From a bacterium (GTDB lineage: Bacteria; Bacillota; Clostridia; Christensenellales; DTU072), in assembly GCA_963644945.1 (NCBI GenBank), contig CAVIQK010000003.1, forward strand, positions 54,401 through 118,400: DNA of 64,000 nt, written 5' to 3'. This document shows, piece by piece, positions 29,428 to 37,698 of this stretch (position 1 is the stretch's first letter; each line of letters starts with the position of its first letter). The notes beneath the pieces are model-generated. The model saw nothing but the letters and a program-made list of their open reading frames with translations, did no database searches and was not told where the DNA came from. Position numbers and translations under genes: made by a program.

Positions 29428-31161
29428 ATGGACGCAATAAGCACATATGAATTTTGGTTAAAGAATGTCACTTCCGACGAAAAACAAGCGCTTGAAAAAA
29501 TGTCGCAAGAAGAAATAGTAGATGCTTTTTCTGGGCCTCTTTCCTTTGGTACGGCAGGCATGCGAGGAACAATCGGACTAGGACTATTCCGCATGAATAA
29601 ATATATGGTAAGACGTGCAACGAAAGGTCTTGCCGAATTTATTTTGACAAAAGGCGAAGATGCCATGAATCGAGGAGTAGTCATCTCGTATGATACCAGG
29701 CGCAAGTCCAAAGAATTTGCGTTAGAAGTAGCCGGTGTGCTGTCGCAATCTCATATCAAAGCCTATATTTTCGAAAGCACCAGACCTGTCCCCATGTGCT
29801 CGTATGCAATAAGATACATGAAGGCCTTTGCGGGAGTTATGATCACTGCATCGCACAACCCCAAAGAATACAACGGATACAAAGTCTATGGCGAAGACGG
29901 AGCGCAAATGTCGCCCGAAGATACCGCCGTTGTCGTATCGTATATTGACAAAATTGAAAACCCTTTCTCCGTTGAAGTCGAAAAATTTGACGATATCAAA
30001 ATCGAAGGCAAATTCGGCAAAGTTTTATCTCAATATGTTTCCGTAATCGGACAAGATGTGGACGACAGTTATTATCAAGAAATAGAAAAGTTGGCACTTT
30101 CTAGCGACGCTGTCAAAAACTACGGAAAAGATCTAAAACTTGTCTATACCCCTATACATGGCTCGGGAGCAATACCCGTCAAAACAATATTGTCAAGACT
30201 AGGGATAAAAGTCTCCGTTGTCAATGAACAAGAAAAACCCGACACCGAGTTCTCTACGGTTTCGGTTCCCAATCCCGAGAATAAGGATACCCTAACACTT
30301 GGTATTAAACTCGCCGACAAGATAAAAGCAGATGTTGTAATAGGCACCGATCCCGACTGCGATCGTATGGGAATAGCCGTCCGCAACGAGAACAAAGAGT
30401 TCGTCGCACTTACCGGCAACCAAATAGGAATTCTTCTTTTAGACTATATCTTATCACGTCTTGACGACGAACATGCCATGCCCGAAAATCCCGCTATAGT
30501 CAAGAGTTTTGTCTCAACAACTCTTGCCGACGAAATAGCCCAAAAACATGGTGTCACCACGATTACGGTTCCCACAGGATTTAAGTTTATCGGAGAGAAA
30601 ATAAAGGAGTGGGAAAGAAACGGAGAACACAATTTTGTTTTCGGATTTGAAGAAAGTTTCGGCAGTCTTCGTGGCACTCACGCAAGAGATAAAGATGCAG
30701 TTGTTGCGAGCATGATGTTTGCCGAAATGACTTGCTATTATATGAGCATAGGCAAGACGCCTTACGAAAGGTTGATTGAAATATTCGATGAGTTCGGTTA
30801 TTATGTCGAGAAGAATACCACAATTCAATTCAAAGGATTTGATGCGATGGAAAAAATGAGCGATGCGATGAACGAACTCAGAAAAAAGACCGTATCGATT
30901 TTGGGCGGAATCGATGTTCTCTATACTACCGACTACAAATCAGGCATCATATATTATGCCGACGGAAAGATGGGAATGACCGATATGTCGAAAACCAACA
31001 CCGTCATCTATACTCTAACAGACAACCAGTTTGTATGTGTACGTCCGTCCGGCACCGAGCCTAAACTCAAATTCTATGTTTTGTCAAAAGCCGCCACACT
31101 CGAAGAATCTCAATCAAAAGCCGAAAAACTCATGGTTTCGGCAAGCGCACTCATAAAATAA
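29428..31161 (+). CDS. pgcA: Phosphoglucomutase / phosphomannomutase (alpha-D-phosphohexomutase family)
   Basis: Active-site phosphoserine loop TASHNPKEYNGYKVY, metal loop GTDPDCDRMG, sugar-binding loop GFEESFG, and phosphate-binding RPSGTEPKLK. Confidence 0.9.
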   Translation: MDAISTYEFWLKNVTSDEKQALEKMSQEEIVDAFSGPLSFGTAGMRGTIGLGLFRMNKYMVRRATKGLAEFILTKGEDAMNRGVVISYDTRRKSKEFALEVAGVLSQSHIKAYIFESTRPVPMCSYAIRYMKAFAGVMITASHNPKEYNGYKVYGEDGAQMSPEDTAVVVSYIDKIENPFSVEVEKFDDIKIEGKFGKVLSQYVSVIGQDVDDSYYQEIEKLALSSDAVKNYGKDLKLVYTPIHGSGAIPVKTILSRLGIKVSVVNEQEKPDTEFSTVSVPNPENKDTLTLGIKLADKIKADVVIGTDPDCDRMGIAVRNENKEFVALTGNQIGILLLDYILSRLDDEHAMPENPAIVKSFVSTTLADEIAQKHGVTTITVPTGFKFIGEKIKEWERNGEHNFVFGFEESFGSLRGTHARDKDAVVASMMFAEMTCYYMSIGKTPYERLIEIFDEFGYYVEKNTTIQFKGFDAMEKMSDAMNELRKKTVSILGGIDVLYTTDYKSGIIYYADGKMGMTDMSKTNTVIYTLTDNQFVCVRPSGTEPKLKFYVLSKAATLEESQSKAEKLMVSASALIK

Positions 31162-31165
31162 ACCA

Positions 31166-32134
31166 ATGAGTAGCAAAGGGAGGTTTGTTCTAATTGTCCT
31201 TTTTGTCTGTCTTTTCCTCGTGTCTTGTGCGGGGAACGGCAATTTAGACAATTCCGGTTCCTCGTCCGGGGGAGCCGAAAGTGGCTCTATCGAAGAATTA
31301 TCTTCGGGTACACCCGAACAAACGGAAGAAAATTCTACCGATGATAGCCAAGTCGATACCGATTCGGGTACAATCACCCCCGTAAAATTAGAAATTTCGG
31401 GTACTCAAACAAAAACCGTCTATAAAAAGGACGAAAAATTTTCTGCGGAAGGTGTCGAATTCAACCTTGTATATAGTGACGGCACCAAAAAAGTTTTAGA
31501 AAAGTCCTCAATTCATTTTACATACGACACATCTAAAATAACCGACCAAAAAACATCGGTCAAAGCATTTATAATTATAGACGACAAAGAATTTTCTTCT
31601 AGTTCTCTCTATATAGAAAAAGTCGTTGACTACGAAAAAGAGATATCTATAAAAACAACTACCACGCTTACCGTTTATCTCGGAGATCCGTTGCCTTCTT
31701 TAGAAGTTGTTTGCAAATATGCAAGCGGAAAAGAAGCGGTTGTCACTAATTATACGACCAATTATCAAGAAATCGGCAAGGCGACAGGCAAGAAAAATTT
31801 GACAGTCTTTTACAAAGGGCTTTCCGCCAATACGGAAATCGAAATCATCGACAAGCCGTCCGGTACGGAAACCCCTGCATTTATACAAAAATATGTCGGT
31901 ACATTTACCAACACCGACGGATGCTATCTAAAAATATCTGCCGACGGCTCAATTGAATTTAGGGAAGCAGAAGGCGGAGAAGTTAAAAACACCACCCTTA
32001 CGGAAGGCGAAGGTTTTGGCCCCGAATTTATTGTCGATGCCGCAACATACATAATAACAAATTACGATGACGGCACCAATATGACGATAAGCAAAAAAGG
32101 TGGCAGTGAAATTAAAAGTTTAATAAAACAGTAA
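31166..32134 (+). CDS. Lipoprotein with Big_3-like Ig domains, function unknown
   Basis: Lipobox LFLVSC-AGNG and an S/G/E-rich linker. Ig-like units follow (KTVYKKDEKFSAEGVEFNLVYSDGTKKVL...; LTVYLGDPLPSLEVVCKYASGKEAVV...LTVFYKGLSANTEIEI). Confidence 0.6.
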   Translation: MSSKGRFVLIVLFVCLFLVSCAGNGNLDNSGSSSGGAESGSIEELSSGTPEQTEENSTDDSQVDTDSGTITPVKLEISGTQTKTVYKKDEKFSAEGVEFNLVYSDGTKKVLEKSSIHFTYDTSKITDQKTSVKAFIIIDDKEFSSSSLYIEKVVDYEKEISIKTTTTLTVYLGDPLPSLEVVCKYASGKEAVVTNYTTNYQEIGKATGKKNLTVFYKGLSANTEIEIIDKPSGTETPAFIQKYVGTFTNTDGCYLKISADGSIEFREAEGGEVKNTTLTEGEGFGPEFIVDAATYIITNYDDGTNMTISKKGGSEIKSLIKQ

Positions 32135-32135
32135 A

Positions 32136-33245
32136 TTATAAAACCGATTTAGCAAAATCGAGCGCACTTTTTACAACGTCATCCATATCGAAATATTTAT
32201 ATTCGCCAAGACGCCCCTTAAAATACACGTTTTGTAGGCCTTGCGCAAGAGTTAAATATTCATTATAAAGGCGGTTATTTTTCTCGTCGTTTATAGGATA
32301 AAATCTTTCTTTCGTGTCGTCCCATTCGTCGGGATATTCGTAAGTCACCACAGTTTTTGGTGATACGGCATGCTCAAAATGTTTATGTTCAATAATTCTC
32401 GTGTACGGCACATCCCTTTCGGTATAATTGACGACTGCGTTGTTTTGGAAATTTTCGGTATCTAAAACCTTTTCATCAAATTTTAAGGACCTATATTGAA
32501 GTTTGCCGAGTTTATAACCAAAATATTCGTCAATAGAACCGGTAAAAACAACTTTGTCCGCTATGGAATCGAAATATTCTTTATCTTTTAGGTAGTCGGT
32601 ATCAAGAATGACATTTGCGCCCAAAAGCATCCTTCTAATCATCGTTGAATATCCGCCTTTCGGCACCCCTTGATATTTATCGTTGAAATAAGAATTGTCG
32701 TATGTAAACCGCAACGGCACTCTCGCAATTATAAACGGCGGAAGATCTTTTGCATCCCGTCCCCATTGTTTTTCGGTATAACCTTTTATAAGTGTTTCGT
32801 ATAGTGTTCTGCCTACAAGCGAAAGAGCCTTGTCTTCGAGGTTTTTAACTTCGGTAATATGCTCGTTTTCCACTTCTTTTTCAATAAAAGACTTTGCCTC
32901 GTCAGGAGTTTCCGTCCCGAACATTTGCTTAAAAGTGTTCATGTTGAAAGGCAAATTATAGGTTTTATCTTTATATTTTGCAATAGGGGAGTTTATAAAA
33001 GGCAAAAACTCGCAAAATTCGTTCACATAAGACCAAACGTCCTCAAAATCTGTATGGAAAATATGTGCGCCGTATTTGTGTACATTTATACCTTCAATGT
33101 TTTCGGTATATACATTACCGCCGATTTCGTTTCGTCTGTCAACGACTAAAACACGTTTACCCTTTTCTATGGCAAGGCTGGTAAAAACCGCACCGAAAAG
33201 GCCTGCACCTACTATTAAATAATCATATTTTTTTGTCATAAGCAC
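32136..33245 (-). CDS. glf: UDP-galactopyranose mutase
   Basis: N-terminal FAD fold YDYLIVGAGLFGAV...VLVVDRRNEIGGN. Family motifs include HKYGAHIFHT, GYTEKQWG, RFTYDNSYFND, YQGVPKGGY and GRLGEYKYFDMD. Length 369 aa. Confidence 0.92.
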   Translation of the reverse strand: MLMTKKYDYLIVGAGLFGAVFTSLAIEKGKRVLVVDRRNEIGGNVYTENIEGINVHKYGAHIFHTDFEDVWSYVNEFCEFLPFINSPIAKYKDKTYNLPFNMNTFKQMFGTETPDEAKSFIEKEVENEHITEVKNLEDKALSLVGRTLYETLIKGYTEKQWGRDAKDLPPFIIARVPLRFTYDNSYFNDKYQGVPKGGYSTMIRRMLLGANVILDTDYLKDKEYFDSIADKVVFTGSIDEYFGYKLGKLQYRSLKFDEKVLDTENFQNNAVVNYTERDVPYTRIIEHKHFEHAVSPKTVVTYEYPDEWDDTKERFYPINDEKNNRLYNEYLTLAQGLQNVYFKGRLGEYKYFDMDDVVKSALDFAKSVL

Positions 33246-33325
33246 CTTGCTATAAGTGTACCAAAATTTATATGTATTTTCAAGCGTAAAACAAAAATTA
33301 AAACATCGCTAATAAACAACTGTTA

Positions 33326-33355
33326 TTGACAACAATACGGAATCTTTGATAAAAT
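33326..33355 (+). promoter_or_regulatory. Putative promoter (TTGACA - 18 nt - TGATAAAAT) driving an apparently leaderless gene
   Basis: TTGACA at 33326..33331 and extended -10 TG-A-TAAAAT at 33347..33355. ATG 33363 lies 7 nt after the -10 with no Shine-Dalgarno. Confidence 0.5.
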
Positions 33356-33362
33356 AATATTT

Positions 33363-34427
33363 ATGAGTGATATGAGCGAAAAAGATACATTTATACAAGA
33401 ATTGATCGACAATGCGTTAAAGACCGCCGAAACGCCGATTGCAGATGAAACCGATCGTCTTTTTAACAATCCTTTCAACATCGTCAAAGACGATGCGATT
33501 ATCCTAGAAGAAACATCTGAAGAAAATGTAGAAGAGCCTAATACACTCAAAACGGAAGAAAATGAAGAAGAAATCGATGTTTCCGAAACCGAAGAAACCG
33601 AAGTTTCAAATGTCGAAGAAGAAAATACCCCTAGTATCACTCCTATAATAGAAATCGCCACCGAAAACCTCGAAGAAGCGGAAACCGAAACCGTAGCGGA
33701 AGAAAATACCGAAGAAATAGTAGTAAGCGACACTTCCACCTCATCGACACCACAAGAGCCAATCACCACCGATTCGACAGGGGACGATGCCGAAAACAAT
33801 ATTCAAGAGGAAACCAATAATAGCGAAGATTCCGCTCCTTTAGAAGAATCTGTTTCGGAAAATATAGAAAACCTCCCCGACTCTAACGAAGAATCTCAAA
33901 AAGAAATTATAGAAAATACTTCCGAAATTGTCGAAACCGGTTCTACAAGTTCGGTACTTGAAAATACGGAAATTCCCGTGGAAAACCGCAGTGAATTATA
34001 CGAAAGTGCCGTACAAGAACTAAATGACATAAGGGCAGAAGAAGAAAAAGAAATCGTAAGACCTCACGAAAAAAGTGAGATAGTCAAAATTAAAAGCCGT
34101 TTTTCTCGTCGCTCTGTAATAAATAAAAAGTTTGCCATAGTTTCTCTCATCTTCCTAGTGCTAGGACTAGGACTTATCGGAGCAGGAGTCGGCATGTTTA
34201 TAAACAAAGCGACATTTGATTTGATAACAATAATTTTATTTTCAGTAGGTGCAGTGTTTGTTGTTTTGTTTGCCGTTTTCCAAATTCTGGCAAATGCGAA
34301 AAAACGCACGGAATTTACGCTTAAAATCACATCTACAGTCCCCGATTACAACGGTAAAAAGGTAGATGCCGATACATATTCGGCCCTAGTTCAAAGAGAA
34401 ATAAAACGTATAAAAAAGTCCCTTTAA
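33363..34427 (+). CDS. Membrane-anchored protein with ~260-aa hyper-acidic N-terminal region and two C-terminal TM helices, function unknown
   Basis: E/T/N/S-rich low complexity (EENVEEPNTLKTEENEEEIDVSETEETEVSNVEEENT...), then FAIVSLIFLVLGLGLIGAGVGMFI and LITIILFSVGAVFVVLFAVFQIL, then a basic tail. Confidence 0.55.
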   Translation: MSDMSEKDTFIQELIDNALKTAETPIADETDRLFNNPFNIVKDDAIILEETSEENVEEPNTLKTEENEEEIDVSETEETEVSNVEEENTPSITPIIEIATENLEEAETETVAEENTEEIVVSDTSTSSTPQEPITTDSTGDDAENNIQEETNNSEDSAPLEESVSENIENLPDSNEESQKEIIENTSEIVETGSTSSVLENTEIPVENRSELYESAVQELNDIRAEEEKEIVRPHEKSEIVKIKSRFSRRSVINKKFAIVSLIFLVLGLGLIGAGVGMFINKATFDLITIILFSVGAVFVVLFAVFQILANAKKRTEFTLKITSTVPDYNGKKVDADTYSALVQREIKRIKKSL

Positions 34428-34526
34428 TACATTTTTGCAGACTTTATTTTGCATAAAAATTCTTGTAAAATCGTCCCAAAAATTTCCACTCATATTATTT
34501 TATAATAATATTTTTTATTTTAAGTG

Positions 34527-34555
34527 TTGAAATATGATTTTTCGTATGCTATAAT
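34527..34555 (+). promoter_or_regulatory. Putative sigma-A promoter of operon A (TTGAAA - 17 nt - TATAAT)
   Basis: TTGAAA at 34527..34532 and TATAAT at 34550..34555. About 115 nt of leader precede ATG 34673. Confidence 0.5.
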
Positions 34556-34672
34556 ACAAAAGTATGATGCTGTTTCAGCGTCGTTTAGACATACATGTTT
34601 TGGCGAGTGTGTTGCAAATCAATGTAAATAGTGCATCCGCCGTAAGCATGTCAAAAACAACAAGGATAAAAG

Positions 34673-35860
34673 ATGGATCAAAGACCAAGACAATCTACCG
34701 GAAGACCTCTGCCCAGACCTCAAGGTGCAAAACCGAAAGGATATCCCGTAGCAGTAAGACGCCCTTCTGCTCCCACGGTACAAGCAAAAAACGGCAGACC
34801 TCAACCGCTAGGCAACAAAAAGAAAAAGAGAAAACGTAAAGAGAGTGATTTCTTTTACATACACAACAAAGGTGTGTGTTTTCTCATGTTTTTGACAAGT
34901 CTTGTCATGCTTTTGGTAGTGGCTATCAATTTTGCCAACATGGTCCCGTCCCTTGCCGAAAACGAAATGATAGGCAAAGTTTTGTCTTATGCGAGTGTCT
35001 ATAAAGAAGCCGACTATACGCCCTATGACGTAAGAGAACAAGCAACGGTTTATGACGAAGACGAAAATATCGTCGAAGAATACGAAGATCAAAGCAAGTA
35101 TTATCTTGCAGGAGATCTTTTCATGGGTTCTCTCAATGCGTTGACGGGTAAAGGCGCCAACGAGGCAGTGTCCGGCTCCGAAGAAGAAATCATCTCTAAA
35201 ATAAAAGCGTATGCGGAAGAAACGACTTCCGGCTCCGAGTCCGGTTCATCGTCGGGTACCGCATCGGGTACAGAAGAAGACGAGGAAGAAACCGTAGTCG
35301 AGACCTCTCCTCTTTACGACAAATATGCATTGAAAAAAACCGAAGCAATAAGCAAGTACGAAGGCTACGAAGGAAGTATCGTATTTACGATAATCTCTTA
35401 TGCTCCGTTGACTATAGCCTTGTATGCAGTGATAGCCCTTGTCATGATGATCAAATCCTTCCTTGCTTTATTTGGCAGAAGAATATTTAGAGGATTTGCC
35501 TTAGGCTCAATAATTTGCGTAGTTTTAGCGATAGCCGTTCTCATGGTAGGCATCTCATTTATTTCGCTAGACACTGCCGTTTACAACGAGAAAGACACTC
35601 TGAGCCTAGAATTCGGACAAGTTGCCGAATTTGCTACAAGTGCATTTACTTCGCCCTATGCGACACTAGAAGAACAAACCACCGCCGACGAAGAATTTGC
35701 CACACTGCAAGCAACACAAAAAGAAGAAGAACAAACAGTATCTATAAAATTGCCCATCCAGACAAATTACGGTATCTACATTTTGATAGCCGTCCCCGCA
35801 GTCACTTTGATATTGTCACTGTTCTCAAAGAAAAAAATTCCTTACGCTATTTTCGATTAA
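34673..35860 (+). CDS. Operon A polytopic membrane protein (395 aa): poly-basic Pro/Arg/Lys N-terminus, 4 TM, S/T/G/E-rich loop; paralog of 55975..57312
   Basis: N-terminus RPRQSTGRPLPRPQGAKPKGYPVAVRRPSAP...GNKKKKRKRKES. TM1 is VCFLMFLTSLVMLLVVAINF. The loop contains TSGSESGSSSGTASGTEEDEEETVVE. Three further TM helices follow. No known domain recognised. Confidence 0.6.
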   Translation: MDQRPRQSTGRPLPRPQGAKPKGYPVAVRRPSAPTVQAKNGRPQPLGNKKKKRKRKESDFFYIHNKGVCFLMFLTSLVMLLVVAINFANMVPSLAENEMIGKVLSYASVYKEADYTPYDVREQATVYDEDENIVEEYEDQSKYYLAGDLFMGSLNALTGKGANEAVSGSEEEIISKIKAYAEETTSGSESGSSSGTASGTEEDEEETVVETSPLYDKYALKKTEAISKYEGYEGSIVFTIISYAPLTIALYAVIALVMMIKSFLALFGRRIFRGFALGSIICVVLAIAVLMVGISFISLDTAVYNEKDTLSLEFGQVAEFATSAFTSPYATLEEQTTADEEFATLQATQKEEEQTVSIKLPIQTNYGIYILIAVPAVTLILSLFSKKKIPYAIFD

Positions 35861-35870
35861 AGGAGACATT

Positions 35871-36140
35871 ATGTGTTTTAGAAAGAAAAAAGTTCAAGAA
35901 AATCCTCCGCAACAGCCGACAGAACAAAAAGCACCGGCATACAAACCCGTCAAAGTGTTTTACGGCAGAGTGCAAGACGGAATGATCCCCGCAGCGAGAG
36001 CATCACAACACGTGCAACTCACCCCTATTGTGACACCTATCACAATGGTCCCGTACATGTCCACCGAAGCAGGACTTTTTGTCTATGCGGACGACGATGA
36101 CGAAGATGACGAAAGAGAAGAAAACTCCGATCAACAATAA
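35871..36140 (+). CDS. Operon A small protein P89 with conserved VQLTPIV-P---VPY module and poly-acidic tail
   Basis: AGGAGA Shine-Dalgarno upstream. Begins MCFRKKK. The module VQLTPIVTPITMVPYMSTEAGLFVY at 36012..36086 is followed by ADDDDEDDEREENSDQQ. No signal peptide or TM. Confidence 0.6.
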   Translation: MCFRKKKVQENPPQQPTEQKAPAYKPVKVFYGRVQDGMIPAARASQHVQLTPIVTPITMVPYMSTEAGLFVYADDDDEDDEREENSDQQ

Positions 36141-36337
36141 TGTGTTTTAGAAAAAAGACGGAAAACAAACCCGTACAAGAGGAAATAAAAAAAGAAAATT
36201 CGAAAGAATTTGACGTGGAAGAACTCCACGAGGCTCTTTTTTCGGTTGATATGGTCCCCATTGCCCCTCCTAAAGATTTAGGAAAAATGGCGCCCGAAGT
36301 CAGCCCCGAAGAGTTCACTATATATCGCAAAAATTAA
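36140..36337 (+). CDS. Operon A small protein P65 (MCFRKK N-terminus, only a vestigial module)
   Basis: Its ATG overlaps the stop of P89 (TAATG). The N-terminus MCFRKKT duplicates that of P89 at nucleotide level (ATGTGTTTTAGAAA). Only a weak remnant, SVDMVPIAPP, is present. Coding status is less certain. Confidence 0.45.
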   Translation: MCFRKKTENKPVQEEIKKENSKEFDVEELHEALFSVDMVPIAPPKDLGKMAPEVSPEEFTIYRKN

Positions 36338-36353
36338 GAGGTAGGATAGCGAA

Positions 36354-36677
36354 ATGAAAAGAAGAAGAAAAGACACTATTGAAACCACCGAAATAGTAGG
36401 AGGGTACAGAGCCCCTCAAGCCCCCGAGTTTTATGCATCCGGCGAAGGACATTATGTTATAAATATGCCTAAGGCCTTGCCTGTTGTCAACATGGTGGAC
36501 GAAAACGGCAATTTATACCAAGCACAAACATTTTATAGACCTCTCCCCAACAGTTCTCCGGTAGCCGTCCCCACACCTCCTTCGGTTGTCCAATTGACAC
36601 CGATTGTGGCGCCGATGACAATAGTTCCGTACATTTCACAAGAACAACCTCTTTATCAATACGACGACGAAGATTAA
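36354..36677 (+). CDS. Operon A small protein P107 with conserved module and acidic C-terminus
   Basis: GAGGTAGGA Shine-Dalgarno upstream. The module VQLTPIVAPMTIVPYISQEQPLYQY at 36588..36662 is followed by DDED-stop. The upstream segment DENGNLYQ...VPTPPSV parallels GPDGNIYC...IPTPSSI of the next gene. Confidence 0.65.
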   Translation: MKRRRKDTIETTEIVGGYRAPQAPEFYASGEGHYVINMPKALPVVNMVDENGNLYQAQTFYRPLPNSSPVAVPTPPSVVQLTPIVAPMTIVPYISQEQPLYQYDDED

Positions 36678-36690
36678 AAGGAATAACGAT

Positions 36691-37686
36691 ATGAACAACA
36701 ACGAGTATAGCGAAGGTATGTATACCACCAATCAACAAAACGGTAGCAGACAATTCGTCGGCGCTCCGCAAAACGACGATGAAGGAATGTGGACACCGGT
36801 AGAAGGCAATATCCAAATGCCTCAAGGTGCAAAACCCGGAGTACCGTTTGTAGGTCCCGACGGCAACATTTACTGCTTGGGCGACGGTCATCCTACCCCT
36901 ACAATGGGAGCAATTGCCCAAAACATGAACAATGCGATCCCTACTCCGTCATCCATTATCCAAATGACGCCTATCGTCCAACCTATTGCACTTGTGCCGT
37001 ATGCATCTCAAAACCAACCTCTTTTGCAATACGATCCGGCATCAAAGCCTCCGGTGGAAGTCAAAACTACGTACAAACGTAAACCTTACCCCGTTCTATG
37101 CGTATTGCTCGCAATTATCTCAATACTAGGCATAGTACTTATAATGTTTATGAATGCTGTCGGCAAAACAGCCGGAGCAGAAGGCTATTCGGCCAACGGA
37201 CTCGACAGTATATTTTCAACCTTGGCATTTTTAGGAATAGGAAGCAGTTCGACGACTTACTTTACGCAAGTTTTACAACCTCTCGCAAGCCTTGGCGATG
37301 CGTTTTCAAAAAGCCTCGGCATCGGTCTTTCTGTTGTAGCGATACCGGTTGCTGTTATATTGGCAGTCATAACATACTTGTATATCCTTATTAAATATTG
37401 CATAAAACTAGGCTCGGGCAAAAGCCCCCGCAACTTCTCTGTTGCATCGATCATGTTGATAATTTTAGGTCTTATTATGCTTGCCGCCGGATACGGAATA
37501 GCAAAATCGGTCGAAGCCGAAACCACGATCGCCGCATATTTTGCGGGACAATCAAAAGTCGGTGTAGGAATAGGCTCATACATAACAATAGCGCTAGGCG
37601 TAATTTCATTGATTTTACCCGGATTTACCAACAAAAAAGCATACGTCGTAGATAAAGGCAATGAAGACGTATATATAATGGAATAA
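36691..37686 (+). CDS. Operon A module-bearing 4-TM membrane protein (331 aa)
   Basis: The soluble N-terminal ~125 aa ends in the module IQMTPIVQPIALVPYASQNQPLLQY (36958..37032). Then come YKRKPYP and four TM helices (VLCVLLAIISILGIVLIMFM, LSVVAIPVAVILAVITYLYILI, VASIMLIILGLIMLAAGYGIA, IGSYITIALGVISLILPGF). Confidence 0.7.
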   Translation: MNNNEYSEGMYTTNQQNGSRQFVGAPQNDDEGMWTPVEGNIQMPQGAKPGVPFVGPDGNIYCLGDGHPTPTMGAIAQNMNNAIPTPSSIIQMTPIVQPIALVPYASQNQPLLQYDPASKPPVEVKTTYKRKPYPVLCVLLAIISILGIVLIMFMNAVGKTAGAEGYSANGLDSIFSTLAFLGIGSSSTTYFTQVLQPLASLGDAFSKSLGIGLSVVAIPVAVILAVITYLYILIKYCIKLGSGKSPRNFSVASIMLIILGLIMLAAGYGIAKSVEAETTIAAYFAGQSKVGVGIGSYITIALGVISLILPGFTNKKAYVVDKGNEDVYIME

Positions 37687-37698
37687 AGGAGAATAAAA

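Noticed and set aside
32132-32138. Convergent stop codons of the 31166 lipoprotein gene and glf, 1 nt apart with no terminator.
   Set aside because: It is real in the sequence but is probably just tight packing, with termination inside the opposing gene. It is not independently interesting, so it is mentioned only under the lipoprotein finding.
34564-37655. Arg/Lys/Cys-rich alternative-frame plus-strand ORFs across operon A (34564..34839, 35515..35985, 36789..37082, 37098..37394, 37398..37655).
   Set aside because: They overlap better-supported frames that have SD sites, TM helices and the conserved module. Their composition is typical of out-of-frame reading. No conservation between operons A and B is seen in these frames.
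35871-37686. Interpretation of the small module proteins as RiPP precursors, with the module as leader and the acidic tail as core.
   Set aside because: No radical-SAM, YcaO, lanthionine, protease or dedicated transporter genes lie in either operon. The acidic tails are not conserved in sequence and the module also occurs inside large membrane proteins. The idea remains an untested alternative.
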